From the NCBI RefSeq assembly GCF_041146345.1, contig NW_027191404.1, positions 992,001 through 1,056,000 on the forward strand: a stretch of 64,000 nt of DNA, read 5' to 3'. Of this stretch, positions 10,666 to 22,547 are shown in pieces. The notes beneath the pieces were generated by a model. It worked only from the letters and a program-made list of their open reading frames with translations, was not told the origin of the DNA and searched no databases. Source of the DNA: Neodothiora populina. Taxonomy: Eukaryota. The stretch's first letter is position 1. Every line of letters starts with the position of its first letter. The position numbers were made by a program, and so were the translations under genes.

Positions 10666-13600
10666 CTAAGGAACAGAAACATAACCTCCGACAGCCGCAC
10701 ACACTTTCCTCGGGCCCTCGACGATCTTCCACTGAGCGCCATTGTTACTGGCGCTCTCGGCGTCGGCGTCGGCGAACGGATCAGCTGCGGTGGCGGCGGC
10801 GCCATCTTCCTTGAGCGCGACGGCGAGTCCATCACTAGACGACGAAGAGGAAGGGACAGTCATCTCCCACTTGGCCTCGATGTTGCCCGGTCGCGCCTCT
10901 CCCTCCGACGTGACGAATTTCGCCAGCAACTTGACCGGTTTGCGGGACAAGGTGACATTTGCGCCGCCAAAGTCCCAGTAGATCAGGTGGCGGGCGCGAT
11001 CGAATGCGCCGACGGGTTTGGACTGGCAGCTTGTGGCTTTGGCCTTGTCGCTGCCGAGGTGCAGCAGGATGGTGAGGTTGTTGAGGGATAGAGTCGAGGA
11101 TTCCGTGTTGGGTTCACGTGAGAGGAACGCGTAGGCTGGGTTCAGCGAGTAGGAGACTATGCACATTGCTACGCCGTCGGTGATCTTCCATGAGGACTCC
11201 ATGAGGAGAGGTGCGCGGTCGCTTATGGAGCCGTGGGTTGGAGGCGCCATTTGGAACTTGAAGGCGATTCCTGTTCGGCGGAGGTTCGAGACATTCACCG
11301 TGTATTCGCCTTTGGTGGCTCCCTCGGAGATGAACGATGGGTTCGGTGCCACCTTTTCCAGACGACCAAAGTTTTCGAGGCGGATCGTCTCTTGACCGGC
11401 TGCTGGCGAATAAGTGTCGTGAGGAGTGTTGTATGCCAGAGCAATCTCGCCAATCACTGCACTTCTCGTGCATTGTCCATTTTCGAACCAAGCCGACACG
11501 GTCTCGATGATGGAAGAGTTCAGGCCCGGGTTGTGCATGACGGGATGTTTCGAGGCGCCCAGAGCAGACTCGCTTCTAGCAGAAGAACGCTCGGAGCGGA
11601 GAGACTGATTGTCGCTCATGGTCGCATGAGAACCGAATGCGCTGGCCGTGTCTGGTCGGTTGAAAGCTGCGAGTGCTGCCTCTTGAGGAGTGCGATGATA
11701 AGGACTGAAGCTCGAGTCCCCGCCGCGAGGAGAACTCTGAGACGCAAAGCCGGGGGACGACGGACTCTGGGGCGCAGAAAAGGCAGATGCGGACGACATG
11801 GGCCGGTAAGATGCGCTGTTCTGATGAGAAGAAGCTGACGGCGGCGCGAGGGTCTGTGTAGCAGGGGCAGGAGAGAAAGCCTGATCAAGCTCGCGCGTGG
11901 TGGGCGATGCCGGCGTCCTGTCCGAAAAGGCATAGCCGGAGGAGGATGATTCTTCGGCGACAGGTTCGGGAGTCATGTTCGGAGAAGGTGCATAGACACT
12001 GGCGCGCATGTCACGACGGCCACGGACAGTACCAGCACGGCGAGTCGAGGATGCTGGACCCTGCATCTTGAGGGTGCTAGCCAGGGTAGCCAGTGTCACG
12101 TCGTCGTTACCCTCCTCGGCTATAGGGGCGTTTCTGATGTTGACGTGGTAAGCTGGAGAAGACCCGTCGGCAGCTTCGCGCTCGGCCTGGGAGATTGCGT
12201 CGAGATGCGCAGGTGGGAGGGAGAAACCCTCGCTGTCTCTGGGACCGTCGGAGTCTCTGCTCGACGGTTGAGCATACTGGGGCGCCGAGGGTTGCATAGG
12301 CGCCTGTAGCTGAGCGACGTCTGCCTGGTGGCCTTGATAGCCGTTGATACCATTGCCGTTGGAGCGTTCCGAGCTTTCAGGCATCAGGCCAGCAGCAGCG
12401 AGCGACTGAGCCGAGCCATCGATGGGTTCCTGGTTGTCGTCTGCAGACGTGATCTTGCGCAGTGGAGAGCGTGGTCTGGAGGGAGACTCCTCGGATTCCT
12501 CAAGTGGAGCGGGCATGTTGTGGCCACGACCAAGTCTACCGGTGAAAGAATTGAAAGCTGACGGCTTTGGTCGCCTCTCGGGAGACTCGGAGCCAGTGCG
12601 CGTGGGCAGGATGATCTTGCTCTCACGGCGGCGACCGAGTACAGTGCCCAATCTCTTGAGGCCTTTGAGTCCACCGCTTTTCTTCTCGGGTTCGGCGGGT
12701 ATCGAGTCGGATCGCTGACTGACCGTGTCATCGTGATACGTGTGATGCGGTGAAGGCGCGGTGAAGGTGGGACCAGCGTGGCCGACACTGCCTCTGCTGG
12801 CGTGAGTCTGGGTGGTGACGGGCCTGCCCTGGGTGACGCGCAGAGCAAAAGTCTTGATCTCGTCGGCCGTCTCGACGTTGAGGATGACGTTCAGACACTG
12901 CTCGGCCTGCGTACGGTCCTTTTCTACCCGGTCGACCTCGTGTGTCTGGAATTGAGTCAAGACATCACGCAACTTGTTCAGTCTTGTCTCGTCAACCGCC
13001 TGGAGTTGTTCGAAAACATAAGGCGCCTGGTTATCCCATTGACTCTGGGCGATCTCCAATTCGTTGGTGGCATTGGCGACGTTCATCGTCTTGGCCCTTT
13101 GGCCCTTGGAAGCCAGGCGCTCCTTGTTCTTCTCTGCGCTCTCAATGTCTCGTGCCAGAGAGCTGAGGTTGCCCTGGATGGTCGACATTGCCTGCATCCC
13201 ACGGTCCTGCAGCGCGAAACTTCGCAGCGGCTTCTCCACGTCCGCTTCGATCTTGCTGGCAAAGGTGTGGTGGCTGTCGGCGATGCTCTCGAGGGCAGTG
13301 GTGAGGGAGTGCCATGGCACGCTGAAGACTCTGTTGTCCGTAACATCAGCTTTCCTTGTCTGTCTGCTTCAAGCGCATCGAGTCATTTCCTACCCGAGTT
13401 CGTTGGCGTCGCCCGGCGGCGCTCTTCGAGCCAACTTCTTCAGTCCGCTAGAGTATTGTTCCTCGAGTCTTTTGCGTTCCTGCAGCACGGCGATTGCCCC
13501 CATAAGCATTCACTCAATCGCTGCGTGTCTCTCGTGTCTCTGCTGCTACTCACTGCTAGCCAATCGGCAATGTGCGCATTCAAGCTGCCAACCTGCTTGA

Positions 13601-13836
13601 CTCTGTCGTTGAGCACATCAATGGCTTGCGCCGGATGAAGCGTGGCCTGTAGTCGTTCATCCCTCGGTCAGCACACTTGTTTCGACATCTCAGAGCTGTT
13701 CCATCGCGACGCATCCGCAACACCCCGCGATTGCGCTCGAAGGAATAGGTGAAAGGTAGAGGCGTGGACCATTGGAGACGACGACGGAGGAGACACAATC
13801 ACTCACCAGCATGGCCGGATACTCCTGGCGATCCAT
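10666..13836 (-). CDS. syp1: Muniscin family endocytic/cytoskeletal adaptor (F-BAR + mu-homology domain); exons 13807-13836, 13554-13646, 13394-13479, 10666-13330
   Basis: Spliced N-terminus MDRQEYPAML|ATLHPAQAIDVLNDRVKQ...IADWLA|ERKRLEEQYSSGLKKLARR (FCH); helical F-BAR region; S/P-rich linker; C-terminal muHD starting PGLNSSIIETVSAWFENG...IGEIALAY; DPF motif. Confidence 0.88.
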
Positions 13837-14987
13837 ATTATTTATTATTAATTTGGATAAGTGTATTTCTGAGGTATGGTATGCGATGCGCTTCGACGAC
13901 AATGACGACGAGGACAATCGACGACGACGACGACGCCGACGGCGAGAGGAGCAGGAGACGAAGCGCGGGTATCACTGAGTGGGCTGCGTCGTACACTCTA
14001 AACAAGGGTAAAGAGATGACCAAGGAAGGGACTCAAGATTAAAGATGATTATCGTAAGAGATTGGGGATACAGGTAAGCTCTCCCAGCTGACAGTTGTCG
14101 TGCTTGCTTTCTCTCTATAGGAAGCTGGACTGTGTGGTACTGCTACATGCAGCTGTACAGATGACTGCAGGGCAGAGACGAGATGTTCTCTCTAATAACA
14201 ATATAAAAAAGCCCCGATTAGTGTGTCTTGAACCATGAACTGACGACTGACGACGACAACGACACAAACCGACCGACGGACCGACGATGACGGCTTTAGG
14301 GATCCCGGGGGTCAACCAGCTTAAGGTACCTTAGGCGGTTTAAGTTCAAAGCCCTTTTCTTCGGCCAGCCACCACCTCAGTCTTGGGCACCTAAACACAA
14401 ACCTATGCGGTCATAGCAAGGCCATCAACAATCATCGACATTCCACACCATTTTCTACCTACCTGTACCTTATATCAAACGAAAGACGAAAAGAAAAAGG
14501 TAACGGCAACAGATCGGACCACCTGCAGGCTCGGTATTGCTACCTCACCTTGCCTTAGATATGTAGGTACGCCACGTGGTGCTGCTGCTACCTTACTGTA
14601 CAAGCACACGCTTGCCGACGGCCTCCGCGCCCGCGAAGCGCGCGATTCACACGCGCCGCTCGCTTCCTCCCTCTCTCTTCCGCATTGGTATGGTGGAGCA
14701 CTACCGACTCGCTCCACCTTACGTCGAATCCATCGACCTGGAAAAGACATTTGTCCTGAATTCATAGCTATAGATATCCAACGTCAGTAATGCCAGGGAC
14801 CACCGAGCTCGTGTAAGTAAAAGCAGTTCATCATCTCCAAAAATCCTTGACTCGAGTCCTAAAGCAACAGAACAAACAGCACCAACACGCAGCCCCAGCC
14901 CAGCCCAGCCCTAGCCCGCCGGAGTCCGGCATGAGGTGAACCAAGGAGAATTAGATGTTATTTGTTCAATACGGTACGGTAGGTCAC

Positions 14988-15017
<30 letters not shown>
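14988..15017 (+). repeat. (GAT)n microsatellite, intergenic
   Basis: Uninterrupted GAT run read directly. Confidence 0.9.
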
Positions 15018-15018
<1 letters not shown>

Positions 15019-16221
15019 GGTTCAATCTAATCCGCGTCACTCCGCTTGACTTCCAATTGCTTGCAGTCCATCTGCTTCGGCAGGGTGCACAGTGCTCGTG
15101 TCTGTGCGTGCGTGTGTGCGTGCTGCGCGCGTGCTTGTCTCCTCACTCTCTTTCTGGCTCCCTGTGGTGCTAAGTGATACTGTAGCAGAGTAGACAGTGA
15201 TCATGGCTTTTTGGTCTTTTGGTCTTTTTATATAGTGCGTTGCCATCTAAACTTGCGCTGGAAGGTAGGTCTGTAGATATGTGTCTCTGCTTGTGTGTTT
15301 GTTTATTTCTATATACTGTAGATGATTCTCTTGTACAAGTCAAAAGCATGGAGCATTAGGCGATATATATATATATACAAATATACGAGGTTCCCTTGCT
15401 TTGATCTGCTGTGAACAGGTGTACCCTATATACGTAGGTGCTTGCAGACCATAGATGGGGAGGAATCACAACCATCCTCCACTGTTCTTGTTGATATAAG
15501 ACACATGGCGCTCAATCTCGCACTCCTTTCCTGGTGATGCTTATATGTTGGACGCTATAGGCACTTGATCATCTAGCATATGTGGCACTCTGCGACATCG
15601 TCAGGTAACTACAGCGACTCAAGGTGGAATGTTCAAGGCAGACAGGTAATTTAAGAGGCCAAGAATGCACCCTCATTTGTTGCAGTAGAAAAGTACAAAG
15701 ACAAGGCCAGAGGCGCAGAGACAACAACATCCGCTATGTTGAACATGATCGTCCAAGAAAAAGAAACTCATAAAGACAAGTGATTCATCCTCTCAAGCGC
15801 TGGAAAATGAATTCGGTGTAGAAAAGCAGCAACGGCCCCCACCAATGCCGAGGCATACGCTTTCGCCATGGAAAAGACAGGCAGAATAGAAAAAGAACGG
15901 CATGCAAAGCAAGAGGATGAACAATAAACCCAGAACATGGTTTCCCACTTCAATCGCTGGCGCCGTCCGACAGAAAGAAAAACCGCATTTCCGTCCCTGT
16001 TCCAATCGTAGAGCAGAAACGCCGTTGCAACACCCCTTCAGAAAGAAACCCCTCCTTGGTTGTTTTGGTGATCGAGCGCCTCCCAGGCGCCCCCCTATAT
16101 TCCGTGTAGAGAACCCTTAGGAAATTTGGCCGTGCCGTGGCATCTGACCCTCATTACCACCGCTTCGTCAAGCGCTTGTCGATCAACGACGCCCGACAGA
16201 GCTTTTTTTCTGTTTGTCCCA

Positions 16222-19200
16222 CTAGGACACCTTTTTGTGAACCGTCCCTTCGAGCTTTTTGGGCTTCATGAATTCGATCGGCCGGAGAGGATCCTTGGGA
16301 TCCAAAAACGCCAACATGACGAGAGACAACTCTTTGAAATCAACCGGTTTGGTAACGTAAGAATTGAACCCAGCATCCGCGCACTTGGCGTAGACATCGC
16401 CCAGTACGTTGGCTGAGAGGGCGACAATCGGGCGATACTGGTAATTATTCGTTTTCTCCCACTTGCGAATCTCGCGACAAGTTTCGTAGCCGTCTTTGTT
16501 CGGCATGTGCAAGTCACACTAGAAGCGAGGAGTCAGCCACTGACAAGGATATATTAGGCGACCAACAGCTCAGTACTTACAAGGATGATCGAATAGTACC
16601 CATGAGGCTTGGAGAAGACCTTCTCCGTACATTGCACTCCGTCCAACACCGTCTCCACTTGCAGGTTGGCCTTGCTCAAGAACTTCAGAAGCACCTGAGA
16701 TATCGTTAGCCATATCATTCACACACATGTCATGCATATGTTCCTCACCATCTGGTTGACCCGATTGTCCTCGACCAATAGTACTCTTTTCCCCTTATCA
16801 CGGAGTCTCCGAGTCATCTCCTCGAACACTTGCTTTTGGGACACGGCGACCTGCTGCGCACTGTCCTGGTTGCGATCTGTGCTCATCTCTCGTTCCTTCC
16901 TGGGATCGAATATGACGGCGAATTTGCTGGGCTTGAGCGGCTTGAAGATGAATCTCAGACGCTGCTCCTTGGCGAGTTCTTCATAGCTTTTTCCTCCATC
17001 TTGTTCCATGAGACTCCTCCGCTGCGCAAGATCAGTGATGAGAATCAATTGCGTCGACGAATGGGAGGGAGTCGAGAGGATCTGGTCCATGAACGCAACA
17101 ATCTCCGGCACAGATTGCAGTACAAGCACAACGTGGCTGAAGATCATAGGATCGTCACCGCCCATCATCTTCTGGCACTCTACAACGCTTGCTCGCGCTG
17201 TGATCTGATGGGGTATTGTCTTGGGCAAAGTCATGTCAAGATGATGGATTGTGGCTTCGCGACTGTACTTGAGAGGGCACACAACCAGGATTGAATACAT
17301 GGGAGGCAGGAGACTGCCGCCAGGCGACATCATTCTGATTGCAGCAGCGGGAATATCCGCACCTTCGGGTTCTGCTTCATCTGCCCCAGCGTTGCGGCTG
17401 TGTCGGAAGTCATCCGGCATTGCCAGTGTTATTGGTGATGACAGCCCGGTACCAGTATCCTGTACATATGAAGATGCCGAAGATCTTTCAGATCTCAGGC
17501 TGCTCGTCCGCGCAGTGTGGATGGAAGGATCAGAACTGCCGGAGGAAGCAAGAGCATCGGGAGATGACACATACGATGAGCCTGCGGATTGGGGATCAAG
17601 TAGTGGCGACGTCTTGCTCTTTGCCGACATGAATCGTGTATTGGATAGCGTCGGGATCTGCTTGATGCTTGGCACTAGAGATAGTTCATGTCCACTAACA
17701 GACGGACTCGACGGCATCAAACTCGGTCCAGGTGTTGGGGGTGGAGGTGGCTGATCATCCGATGAGGGCAAGCTTGTCTTGATGTAGAAAGTGAACGTAG
17801 ACCCCTTTCCTGGAACGCCCGAAGCAGTCATATCGCCCCCGTGAAGTTGGGTAAGTTGTCTCGAAATGACTAGTCCGAGACCAGTACCGCCATGTTGGCG
17901 CGTGCTGCTACCGTCGATCTGACTGAATCGCTTGAACAGGTATTGTGCCTCTTTGTCCGTGAATCCTCGACCTGTGTCAATGACCTCGAATTGCAGATAC
18001 ATCTCATGCTTGGTCGAAACGTGATCTTCATCCTCCTTAACTCTGCAACGAACGAAGACCTCGCCAGTCTGTGTAAATTTAATGGCGTTTCCTATTATGT
18101 TAAGAAGAATCTGTCGAATACGGAAGCGATCTCCCTTAATCTGTGAGGGAACATCGTCATCAACGAGGTAATTGAGTTCCAGCCCCTTGTCGATAGCCAT
18201 GGCTGAGGTCAAGTCATTCACCTCTTCGATCAAGGAGCGGACATGTAACCAGTCGATATTGAGTTGAATCATGCCAGCCTCTGCCTTTGAGAGATCCAGA
18301 ATATCATTGATGAGACCACGCAGGCCCTCTGTTGAAGCGCGGATGATATTGACATGTTCCATCTGTTCCGCGGTAAGACTGCTGTCGATGAGGAAATTGA
18401 CCATGCCGGTAATGCCGTTCAAGGGTGTCCTGATCTCATGAGACATGTTGCTGAGGAACCGGGACTTCTCATCCATGGTCTCCTTGAGGTCTCGTTCGAG
18501 TGTCTTGTGATCGTTGATGTCGGTGCACGTGCCGTACCACGTGTCTTCGTCGCCGATTGTTTGTGACTCTTGGTCTTCTAGCACGACTCTGACCAAATGC
18601 CAACGATATTCGCCATCTTTTGATCTCAATCGTACTTCTGTAGAGTACGAAGGCCTGCCATCAGCGTCGCGTGAGACTTTCAGAATACCAGTCGAAGCGA
18701 GTTCCGAGAGCTTTCTTTGTGATTGTGCCACTGGCGATGTATGAATAGGACTTGTCGGTCCCCTTTCCGTGTCGGAGGACCCACTCGAAGATTGGGCGGA
18801 AGAGGAAAAGGTACGCACTGGCTCTGCTGGCACCGAGGTCGGAACGTTCGTCGGCTGTGAGCCATCCACAAAGTTCGGCAATCTGCACTTAACAATGTCT
18901 TCCGGGTGGACATACTCCATGAATCCAAGCCCTAAAGCTTGCGCTTCGGGTTGTCCGGAGTAGTTGAGCCAGTGCGAATTACAAAAGGTGATACCTTTGG
19001 TCTTGTTGACTGTGAAAACCACCTGGGGACTGGAGTTGGCAAGCGCACGGTACTTCGCTTCCGAAGCTGCGGTCTCCTGTTGTCTGGAGGAGTTCAGCTC
19101 TGCCAAATGCTGCTCGTGAAAGTCCATGTTCGTGCCAATCCAATGAACAATCTTTTGCTTTTTGTCTTTGAGAGGAGCAGCTCTCACGTAGAACCACCGG

Positions 19201-22200
19201 TAATTTCCATCGAAGCGCTGTAGACGGGCCTTCATTTGTAGGTGTTGGCCGGTTTTCAAAGACTTGTTCCACAGATCCATGAATTTGCCCTTGTCGTCTG
19301 GATGAATAGCCTGCCAGGGGTCTCGAAGAACTTGTCTCGAATCATGACCGCGATACACAAGGAACTTTGCGTTTACCCAGGTGATGTTACCTGAACCTGG
19401 TGCGGCTGTATATACTTGGACGGGTAGGGAGTCGATGATGGTACGGAGCAAGCGCTCTGAGGGCGGAGGCATCTCCTCCGAAATTGAACTCGAGCGTCCG
19501 TGTGTCTGACCACTGTTCGCCACCTTGGGAGTGGTCGCAGCGGGAAGACCTTGGAAAGAAGAGGTGAAGTCTGCGCCATAGGAGTGTAGAAGTGAGTGCT
19601 TATTGTCGGGAGCCTCAGGGGTTGTCTCAGCCTGAGTCTGAGTCTGAGTCTGAGTCTGAGTCTGGGCCTGGGTCTGGGTCTGCGTCTTGGAGAGGCTTCG
19701 TGAGGGAACTGCTCTAGAGGGCGAATCGGCACCGCCGACGTTATGTTCTTGTGAAAGCCTCAATGGTGACTTGTCGCCCTTGTGAGGATTTGAGCCTGAC
19801 TTCAGTCTTCTCTCCTTGCGCAACATCAGGAGCTCGTCGTCAGCACCACCAAATGAAGCTCTTTTTGCAGCTGTCTTGTTTTCCTTGGCTGACGATGGCT
19901 GCACGGGCGGCTGAGTCGCAGCAGCATTGCTTGATGAACGGTGCACATTGGTTCTCTTCTTCGCATCGAAATAACTATCGATCATCTCTGCGCCAAGATA
20001 CGCCGGTGTGCCGGCCACCGACCTGCTCGTACTGAGACCGAACGCACCGGGATCCCAACCAGGAGTCCCAGCTATTGATCCTGTTGGACTGTGTCGTGAC
20101 CGTCCAGAATAGTCGGAGGGGCTGGTCATGCTTCCAGATATGGATTCGGTCACATCATCCAGATCAGCACGAATGAGTTCATCAAGGTTGGAAGGCTCCA
20201 ATGATAGAGGTGCATATCCCACTGTATGCCCTGAAGCACCACGGCGATGTCGAAGGCCCATAGCATGGATGTGAGTGCTGGTATATTGGTGCGCCATGGA
20301 ATAAGAGGTCGCCAGGTGCGGCCCGAGGAGCTTAAGGGACTGGACAAGATTATGAGGGTAGGGCACGGCGGGGCTCAGTATAGATAGGATGGCAATCGGA
20401 GCCCTCCTTTCTCTAGCTGCAGAGTATTGTGAGGACTGCACTTCACTATCAGGCGGTCGCCCTCCCTTGAGGGATTGTGTGATCTCGTCCGGGCTCTGAA
20501 CCTTTGCGCCCATCGGTAATGACAGGGAAGGGTGTATTAATGGTATGTGGATGACTGTGTGGGCACGGTCGACGCCAATCGCTGCCACTGGTTGTAAGTG
20601 GGAATAGTCATGCGGCGACTCGGTAGGGTTGAAAGAGTCTTCGACGTTGGCTTCGGTGAAGAAAGGGTTGTTCTCTGGATCCTCTTGTACAGCGGGAGAA
20701 GGGGCAGGGGATTGTGCCCATGGAGAAGGTGGGTATTGTTCATATTCCTCATAGTTGGATCCGCGACGACCATGCTCATCAATGGCACCGAAGACGCTGC
20801 GAAAATTGCCTAGTTTCGATGAATATGACCGTCCAAGCGGATTTCGAGGTTCGGGTGGGTTTGCCGCTTTCGTACGCTGGACCGAATCGATACTGCCTGC
20901 CGATTGGGAGTCTCGCGATGAGCTGCTGCTGTCTCCGGAGTCACCAGCATAGTCTCGCGTCAAGGTGACTAGCTTGCCTCGCTTTAGTACGCGGTTGACT
21001 CCGCTGGTGTCGATTAGTCCATCGACCTCGTGGTCGAGCCCTTTCAGTGTAGGAAAGACGGCGATAGATTGGGGGTACTGGACGTCCTCGCCGAGACTAC
21101 TGAAGTCGACTTCACTGTTTGAGGTGTGGCGAATACTGATGGTGGGCCTATCCATATAGGGTGCTTCAGCCCTCGGGGCATTCGTCAGGTGGGGCGCATG
21201 GCTGGCGGTCCTCATGAGCATTGATGGACGCACTGCTCCGACACCCCTGGCTGGAGACTCGGTTGATGCACCTTCCAGAGTTGGCGAGGTATGTCCGGCA
21301 TATGAATGACGAGTTACCATGGTGGGGCGGGCCCTGCTTGACAGCATTGTTGGCGAGCGCTGTTGGTCCTCAGGAACAGAGCGTGGCGGCACAGAAAGAT
21401 TGGGATTGGAGCGCGGGACCTCAAGCTCGCCGGGATCGTTGCGGCCATGTACGTTGAAGGTGGTCTTCTGACCCCATGGCACATTCTCAATGTCGTTGAG
21501 ATCGGCAGGCAATGCTAATGTTGCGCGGTCGGCCTTGAAGCTCTCATGCATAATCTTGACCACCGTCGACCACCAATCATCCAGTCCAGGCTCCGAGTTA
21601 AGCTTTAAGACAAGGTCGTAGAGGTTCGGTGTCGGGTAGCGAGGGTCTTCTGGGGCTTGATACTCTCGGTAATCTGCAGGCGCAAAGGCAGTATTGGTGG
21701 CGATTGGCGTACTGGCGCCAGAAGGACCTGCTCCGGGCGTAAGGTTATCGTAGGACTCTCTCGCCGATACCGTGGGCGACAAGGCCGTAAATGGCTGATG
21801 GAATGTCGACGACCACGCCCGAGGCGTACCGGGGACATAAGGAAAGGGATACGACGGCGTGCGCAGAGGCATAGCATCTGGAGTGTTCTCGTTGATGTTA
21901 CCGCCGCGGACTGTCTTGGAAGACGACGTCGTTGACTCAGTAGATGTCGACTGAGTTGTCGCAAGCGGACTTGTGAATGCGGCCGTCAGTGGCGACATGA
22001 CAGGTTCCTCTTTGATCGGCGACGGACGACGACCAGGGTTATTGCTTGGACTCGATACGACATTTTGAGATCCGACGCGGGCGCGTAGCTGTTGCGAGTT
22101 TGCACTCATTCTGGCATTGACAGCTTCGCGTAATCTAGCTATTTCTGTTTCATCCGGACTGGCTGCTGATGATGCTCTTGATGCCTTGTACGTGGTCTTT

Positions 22201-22547
22201 TTCTCCGTGCTCGTCTTCGCACCTGCCTGATTATTCCCAGAGGCCGATGTGGATTCGTTGCCACCGGATCCACTTTCTCCAACAGCGGTGTCGCCAGTCG
22301 TGTCACTACCAATATCCTCTACCATGGATTGCGACTGCTGTGAATCCGGAATTTCGGCAGGCTGCACGTCGTGTGATGAGTTTGGATGCGATGGCGAGGC
22401 GCGGGACCGTTCTAAACCGGGCCTGGCAGGACCGTGGTGTATATTTGTTGTGGGTGTGGAGGACTCATGTTGTTCAGCTGCTGCTTTCTCTATCTGGAAA
22501 GGTGTCAAAGATTTCATGACGTTGGGCGGCTCTGGCCCAGTTATCAT
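16222..22547 (-). CDS. Hybrid histidine kinase, PAS/PAC-HisKA-HATPase-REC (probably group V, PhkB/Mak1-like); exons 16749-22547, 16581-16694, 16222-16518
   Basis: Two PAS/PAC repeats (IHPDD...RFDGNYRWF; VHPED...SKDGEYRWH); H-box FLSNMSHEIRTPLNG; N-box NIIGNAIKF; DTGRG and GGTGLGL boxes; receiver LLVEDNRVNQ..IL|CDLHMPNKDG..ALSA..KP completed across two canonical introns. The group assignment is inferred from architecture. Confidence 0.92.
19632..19681 (-). repeat. Coding hexamer repeat encoding (QT)n in the histidine kinase
   Basis: (CTGAGT)n/(CTGGGT)n on the plus strand; the protein reads TQTQTQAQTQTQTQTQTQ. Confidence 0.9.
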
